Source of the DNA: Antedon mediterranea
Taxonomy: Eukaryota; Animalia; Echinodermata
Direction of reading: 5' to 3'
Length of the DNA stretch: 64,000 nucleotides
Assembly: GCF_964355755.1 (NCBI RefSeq)
Contig: NC_092674.1
Location: forward strand, 16,926,001-16,990,000
Shown here piece after piece: positions 57,348-64,000 of the stretch. The position numbers and the translations under genes are program-made. Under the pieces are notes generated by a model. That model worked only from the letters and a program-made list of their open reading frames with translations. It was not told the origin of the DNA and did no database searches. The stretch's first letter is position 1, and every line of letters starts with the position of its first letter.

Positions 57348-60300
57348 TGTTTAGAACGATATAAAAGAAAAGTATGTACGTAAATGTTACTTGTTTTAAT
57401 AACACAGGTAGTAGTCGTGACTTGATTAGTGTTTCATTTATTACATCTCGACCATCTTGGTTCTCCTACATCAAGTGATGCCATGAGCCATTGCTCCCTC
57501 AACTGTACACTAACTATAGAGGGCTCACTCTATACTTACAATATCATAGCCTTAACTATATGCTATCATTACATCTCCCTTTTTTTAAATTAAAAAGTTA
57601 ATTACTGTTCATCTAAATCTAATAACTAACAAAACTCTAACAATATCTTTTTTTTTGTTCACAAAACAAAACTATTACATCTTTCTTCTCTTACATATAT
57701 ATCCTAACAATCTTTATTTACCCAAGGCCAACAGCCATTAAGTCGCGTGCTACAATGCATAGTGATACCGGACCGACAGACAGACCGACAGACAGACCGA
57801 CAGACCGACAGACAGACCGACCGACCGACATAGTGAACTATACTGACCAAAATTACTGAACATGTTTAAAAATGTTGAAATGTTTAAAAACATTTATATT
57901 TTTTTAATTTACACGTGCGTAGCCTGTCACTTTCGACGTGCTCGTATAACGTAATTTCGAGTTGAAAAGTAAGTCAAGAAAACAGAAACCGGGCAAAAAG
58001 AGTGCGCAATAACATTTAACGCGCAGTGCGCGCGCAAAAATATGCGCACTCATGGCAATTTTGTAAACGCTTAAAATTGCCTGAAATGTACTCTTATTTC
58101 ATCGAAAATAAATTTTGAAAATTTTAAGCGCGCGTACACATGCGTGACATGCGCTACGCACGTAATTGTATTGCCATATGATGATTTATGCCCTGAAATT
58201 TATGAGTACCAAATTTTATTTAATTGTGATTCATGGTTGTGAAGATATGATTACAAACGTGATTTCGTTAAATCGTGCGTAGACCGCGTAATTTTTTATT
58301 GCGCACCGTGAAAACATAACCACATTGATTCCTGGCCATAAGGAATATACTGTGAAAAATTGACCTAGCTAGATTAAACTGATATCAAGATAAGGTCAGA
58401 AAGCGATAAAACGCATAGTGATACCGGACCGACAGACAGACCGACAGACAGACAGACAGACAGACCGACCAACCGACCGACATAGTGAACTATAGAGTCG
58501 CTTCCACGCGACTAAAAACCTCAACAGGCAAAAGCTCTTTCCTAACATACATACAGTACATTACATATAATGCTGTTTATGTTGTGCTCAGAGGTAGACT
58601 ATTCTGGCACACAATTTAGGGGTTATTCTGCCCTTAGTTCACAAATCTAGTTTTGTCAATTGTTTTCTGTTGCTTTTAGGGTAGCGACGTTTTTCTTGTG
58701 TGGTGTTTGGTTCTATTATATGTGATGTCTGTGAATCCTGCGAACTTGTTACTTTAATGATATCTCTGCGATTGCGTCTATAATATTTTCCATCGCTTTC
58801 AACTGTGTATGATCGTGGACTTTCTTGTTTCTCAACGATTGTTGCTGGTTTCCACTGACAATCTTTACGCACATAAATTCTATCTCCAACTTTAAGTGTC
58901 TTTAGCGGTTTTGTTCCTTTGTCGTAATAGTTCTTTTGTTTTGCTTTGTTTTGTTTTAATTGTCTCATGTTGTTTGTTACTTTTGGTTTCAGCAGTTTCG
59001 TAGACGTTGGTAAATGTGTTTTTGTTCTACGGCCCATTAGCATTTGTACTGGTGATGGTAATCCATCTCTAGGTGTATTGCGGTAACTTAATAGCGCTAA
59101 ATATGGATCTTGTTTATCTTCTTTCGCTTTTTTGAGTATCATTTTTGCGGTTTGAACTGCTTTTTCGGCTCTTCCATTTGCTTGCGGATAAAATGGGGAT
59201 GCTGTTGTATGTTTGAAATCATACGCTTTGCCAAAATTTTGGAATTCCATTGACGCAAATTGTGGTCCATTATCAGAAATTACTTCTTCTGGTATCCCAT
59301 GTCTAGCAAATTGTTGCTTGCAAAATTTTATAACTGAGCTAGATTTCGTGCTTTTTAACATGTTTATTTCGAAATATCCTGAATACTAGTCTACGATTAT
59401 TAGGTATTCCTCAGCTTCTAGTGTGAATAGGTCCATGCCCACTTTCTGCCATGGTCTTGATGGTATTTGATGGGCTACCATTGGTTCTTTCTGGTTTTTC
59501 ATTCGATGTTTTAGGCATATTTCACATTTTCCTACTGTGTCTGTCACTTGGGCATTTATTCCTGGCCAGAAGATTAAATCTCGTGCAAGTTTCTTTGTTT
59601 TTTCAATACCTTGGTGACTAGCATGCAATTTACTCAACATCAGTTTACGTTGTGTCGCTGTTATGATTAATCTGTTATTTTTGAATAGCATATCTCCTTC
59701 TACTAAGATTTCATCTCTATAATCCCAATATGGTTTAACGTCTGGTTCTAAGATAGCTTTGTTCTCTGGCCATCCATTTATTACTACGTCCTTTAATTTA
59801 CTTAAAGCTGTATCCTTTACTGTTTCTTTCTTTATTTCTACTAGTCTTTCTTTTGTCATTTGTAGGTTGTTAATCATGTAAAGCGGAATGCTAAACTGTT
59901 CTGTTTCTATATCTGGTAGATGATTTCTACTCAATGCATCTGCTATATACAACTCGTTGCCTCTCTTATAAACTAGTTCCAGCTTGTATTTCTGTAACTT
60001 TAATAACATTTTCTGTAATCTTGGTTGCGTTAGTGCTAGTGCTTTTTTCATTATCGATTCTAAGGGTTTATGGTCGCTTTCTACGATAAATTCTTTGCCA
60101 TACAAATATTGATGGAAACGCTCACATCCAAAAACTACAGCTGCTAATTCTTTCTCTATCTGTGCATATCTTGTTTGAGGCTCTGTAAACGCTTTTGATG
60201 CAAACGCTATCGGATGTTCATCTTGCAATAATACTGCGCCTACACCTGTGCTTGATGCGTCAACACTTACTGTCACCGGTCTCTCTACATCATAATATTG

Positions 60301-60803
60301 TAAAACTGGCGCCTCTGTTACTAAGCGCTGCAACTGTCCAAAACTAATATCATGTTCTGCTTGCCATTGCCACATAGTATTTTTCTCTAAGAGTTGTCTT
60401 AATGGTTTGGTTACATTACTTAAATTTGGTATAAATTTACCTAGATAATTTATCATTCCAAGAAACTGTTGTAACTCTTTCTTATTATTAGGTTTGTGCA
60501 TTTCTTGTACTGCTTTAACTTTTCTCTCATCTGTTTTTAAACCTTCAGATGTTAATGTGTGACCAATGTATTTTACTTCATCTAATCCAAATTTTCATTT
60601 TTCTGGGTTTAATTTTAAATTTCTTTCTTTTGCTCGATTGAGAAATTTCTCAAGTCGTTCGTCATGTTGTTTCTTATCTATACCCCATACTAAAATATCA
60701 TCCATTATGACTTCTGTACCTTCCAAATCTTCAAACATTTGGGTCATTACTCTTTGAAAAATCTCAGGGGCTGACCTAATACCAAATGGTAATCTAGTGT
60801 ATA
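57348..60803 (-). mobile_element. Gypsy 3: 3' half (RT end, RNase H, integrase, PPT, 3' LTR)
   Basis: ORFs 60595 (LPFGI..APEIFQ, IMDD), 59386 (DASSTG, ESDHKPL, HASHQG..CEIC) and 58639 (SDNGPQF). PPT at 57574. LTR about 57348-57573; left boundary approximate. Confidence 0.88.
57723..58518 (-). mobile_element. DINE-1/HINE-like non-autonomous Helentron, copy 2
   Basis: Same ends and interior as 29461-30219, with an extra segment of about 45 bp near 58345; sits in the 3' UTR of Gypsy 3. Confidence 0.85.
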
Positions 60804-62705
60804 TGTTTCGCTTAGAAACTAAGTTGTTTATCTGAACAGAGAGGGCGCTATATTGCGTGGGTAATTCAGAATGTTCTGCTGAGTTCATCTACACGTCTAA
60901 TGTTTCTCTGATGTAATTACTGGGTTTTTCTATTTAAAACCATAACTGATGTTTGATAATTGTCATTATGATGATATGTAAGTATTTAAGAATCACATGA
61001 TTGTTCGTAATTAAGTAATTTTATTGCGTATACCGAATTATGAGCACATTTTAGGTTGATCACTCTAGCATGTGTTTATCATTAGCGACGCTCACATGGT
61101 CGGCCACTCGTATCGGCAGACTTGCTGTATGTATAGATTTGTCGCTGTAGTGGGGCAGTTTTTGCCTACATTGATCATAACTTAGATAAATAACTGAATT
61201 ATCGTATTAGATATAAGTCAAGTTTACCGTTACGTTGATGACTTTAATGTTTGTTTGTAAGAACTAATTTATTGCGCTTGAGATATTTCCTTTGTTTGGA
61301 GGTAGAACACCGTGGTTTGGTGTCGCATTGATATTTGGCAGGACTATTATGTAATAATGCTTGTTATCTGCTTAGTGTATTTACGAAGCTGTTTTTTAGG
61401 TTACATTGTTTAAACTTACTGTATTTTAATTTTCATGAGATTGTCATTACTGTTTTCATTACTGTTTTACTGATACTGTTATTTCTGATTTGATTCTTTA
61501 GAATTGAATAAAAGTTCATCTAGTATCTTACACTGGAGTTTATCTCAATACTGTCTCTCCGCGCCTGCGCCGATCCATAGCCTCGCCACAATTCAATTAA
61601 CTTTTTTGGAACAGCAACCAACTAGGATTATGGAGGCACAGGATTTGGCATCACTGAGACGAAGCAGAGGTCTTCGCAAGGGCAAGTTGACGATGGCCTT
61701 AAACGAGTTGAAGGCCGAGTTAAAAGAAGAAGACGTTGTACCAGATCAGATACGCCAGCTACTGGAGAAGTTCAAGACTCGTCTAGATGATGTGGAAGCT
61801 GCACATGATAATCTGGTCGACGCTATTAAGGAACAAGAGGAAATCGAGCAAGAAGAAGAGTGGCTAGGACTTGTTGTGAGAGAGTTTAACCAGGTTACAA
61901 GGGTATCAAGAAAGGTGTTAGCTACAGTCGGTAAGACCCCGATCATTAACGTAAACCCTGCAAATATTGAAGTTATAGACGGGTCAACAGATAAGTCGAA
62001 TGAAAATTCAACTGATAATGCATCTAATGAATCAGTAGTTAACATAGACACCCAAAGTGGTAATGATGTAAAGGTAGATGCTATGAAAGTTAATTTAGGA
62101 TCAATTACGACTCATGAGAATAGCCTAATAAGTATGGTGCAAGCCATGGCTCTACCCAAAGCCCACGTAAGAAAGTTTGAGGGTGATGCGCTGTACTACT
62201 ACACATTTATCGCATCCTTTAATAACAGTGTTAGTTGCATAACTGACCCAAGTATAAAATTAAATGTTCTAAGGTCTTTATGTTGTGGCCGAGCACTTGA
62301 CGCCACTGAATTCTGTGTTCTTAAACCGCCTGCTGAGGGCCTTGAATCTGCTTTGGCCACACTGAAGAAACGGTTCGGCAACAGCGCAACCATAGTACAG
62401 GCTTGGATACAAAAAATAGTAGCTAGGCCTAAGGTTGAGCCTACAAAAATCGAAGGTTATGCTGACGACCTAACCAATTGTTTCCAAGCGCTGGAGGCCC
62501 TACGATACCTACAAGAGCTAAACAACCAGGGAAGCCTAAAAACAATAATAGAGAAACTGCCTAAATTTCTGCAGCAGAGATGGACTCGCGAGGTCTTCAA
62601 GATGCGAGAGAGGGATAGGATACCATGTTTAAAGGATGTTGTTACATTTGTAAGGTCATCTGCAAGCGAAATGAGCGACCCAGTGTTCGGAACTGCCCTA
62701 GAGAG
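60804..62705 (+). mobile_element. BEL/Pao retrotransposon 5' LTR and truncated gag
   Basis: Starts with TGT where the Gypsy 3 RT breaks; AATAAA at about 61507; ..GCCACA at about 61590; DUF1759-like LPK..V.KFEGD..YY.F..SF, LKKRFGN, IIEKLP..LQ.RW. Confidence 0.8.
61630..62705 (+). CDS. BEL/Pao Gag, N-terminal part
   Basis: ATG at 61630 within ORF 61504..62814; the native sequence ends after MSDPVFG, where the LINE tail intrudes. Confidence 0.8.
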
Positions 62706-64000
62706 TTTTTTTTTTCTCTTTTGTGTCGCAAACACCACTTTTATTCACATTCATATTATCTCATATTACATAAAATCGTATTATTTAACTTGTAAATGTC
62801 GTTACAGTTCATAAGTAACATTTTTACATATATGAATTCTGTATTACTCCTTTTTTCATTAATTTTCTTATATTTTGTTATATACTTGACAGGATCATCA
62901 TTATCATCTATCCCGTTTTAAAATAGTTCACACATTTTCATTTGTTTGTTTTCATTTTACAACCCGGATTATACAAATATATTTATATACATGATAAAAA
63001 AAACAATAATAGCTCAGTACCACCAGTAACCCGTATCACTGTAATTCCTTTTCGGTTAATCGTATCAAATTAGAATTTATATTATCATAATCTTATTTCT
63101 TAAAGCTACCCATTTTTCTATACTTGTTTCTTTATTGTTATATGTTTCACATTCAATGTTATATAACATATTGCTTTTAAATGAATTCCATAAAGATTTA
63201 CTCACTGGCTTATTTAGTGCAGATAACATTTTTATTCTATAAATAGTAAATGCTGCAAAAGTGTAAATATAATCTATTAGCTTATCTCCCGTTCCTAGTA
63301 TTAATTGTTTAAATGATATATTATTGTGATTTAAACTTACAAAGATACTAAGCATTTTCCTCCAATATTTCTGAATAAATCTACAACTAAAAAACAAATG
63401 ATTTTCATTTTCAATTTCTCCACATTTGTCACACGTTTGTGTTTCCTTAACTTTCCACTGATACAGCCGTTTGTTGGTAGGCAGTATTCTATGTAACATC
63501 TTATAATTGAATTGTGCTAGTTTCGTATCTTTCATTTTACATACTTTCCGTAACCAAGAAGTTTTCCAATCAATGTTGTTATCATTGAAGTACTCTTCCC
63601 ATTTTAGTTGTGACATTGGAATAATGAAATATTCTTTCACAAACCATGAGTATATTAGTTTGGTAGTATTAATCTCATACTTAGTCCCAACTACTTCATC
63701 ATTATCATCACAATTGAAAATATCTACCTCCTTAATAATACGTTTCCATTGAATTGGTATTGCCTTAATAATGCACAAATACTCATTTAACCAGTTTGTT
63801 TTACATTGTAGTTTCACCAGTATTTCGTTCGATGTTAAAAAAGTGTTCTTATTAACAATGTCTTTAATACTGATAATGCCACTGTCAATCCAATGCTTGT
63901 AGAAAAGCGTTTTTTTTTTAGTTTAACGTAGTGGTTTCCCCACAGTTGCTCATTCATTATATCGTTATAAGTTTCAGGTTTTTTTTTAGAGATTCTGTTA
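62706..64000 (-). mobile_element. L1/Tx1-type LINE 3' end
   Basis: ORF 63077..63817 with zf-RVT motif F.YK.LHRILPTN..L..W....TC..C...E...HLFF.C; AATAAA and an A-tail at about 62706-62745. Confidence 0.85.

Overview
AT-rich animal (invertebrate-like) genomic DNA in two parts. 1-21.7 kb holds the 5' part of an axonemal dynein heavy chain gene (DNAH2-like) on the minus strand. I assembled 12 coding exons by eye (2142 nt, about 714 aa, all phases consistent), including one GC-AG intron and one U12-type intron; the introns are full of MITEs, Helentron-type elements and short repeats. 24.6-64 kb is a dense nested transposon stack: a foldback element with 97-bp subrepeats, a SINE, and a decayed LINE interrupted by a HINE, a Polinton/Maverick derivative and two Gypsy elements (one of Gmr1 type). 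These are followed by a Penelope-like element with a hammerhead ribozyme, a third Gypsy, a BEL/Pao 5' end and an L1/Tx1 3' end. The most unusual object is the 7.37-kb Polinton-type element at 31012-38377 (AGTAGT termini, 6-bp TSD). Its inverted repeats are about 2.69 kb each, it has no polymerase or capsid genes and its integrase is dead. It keeps an intact acidic SUMO-interaction-motif protein in both arms and a Bcl-2-like gene in the centre. All calls were made by eye, with no database searches.
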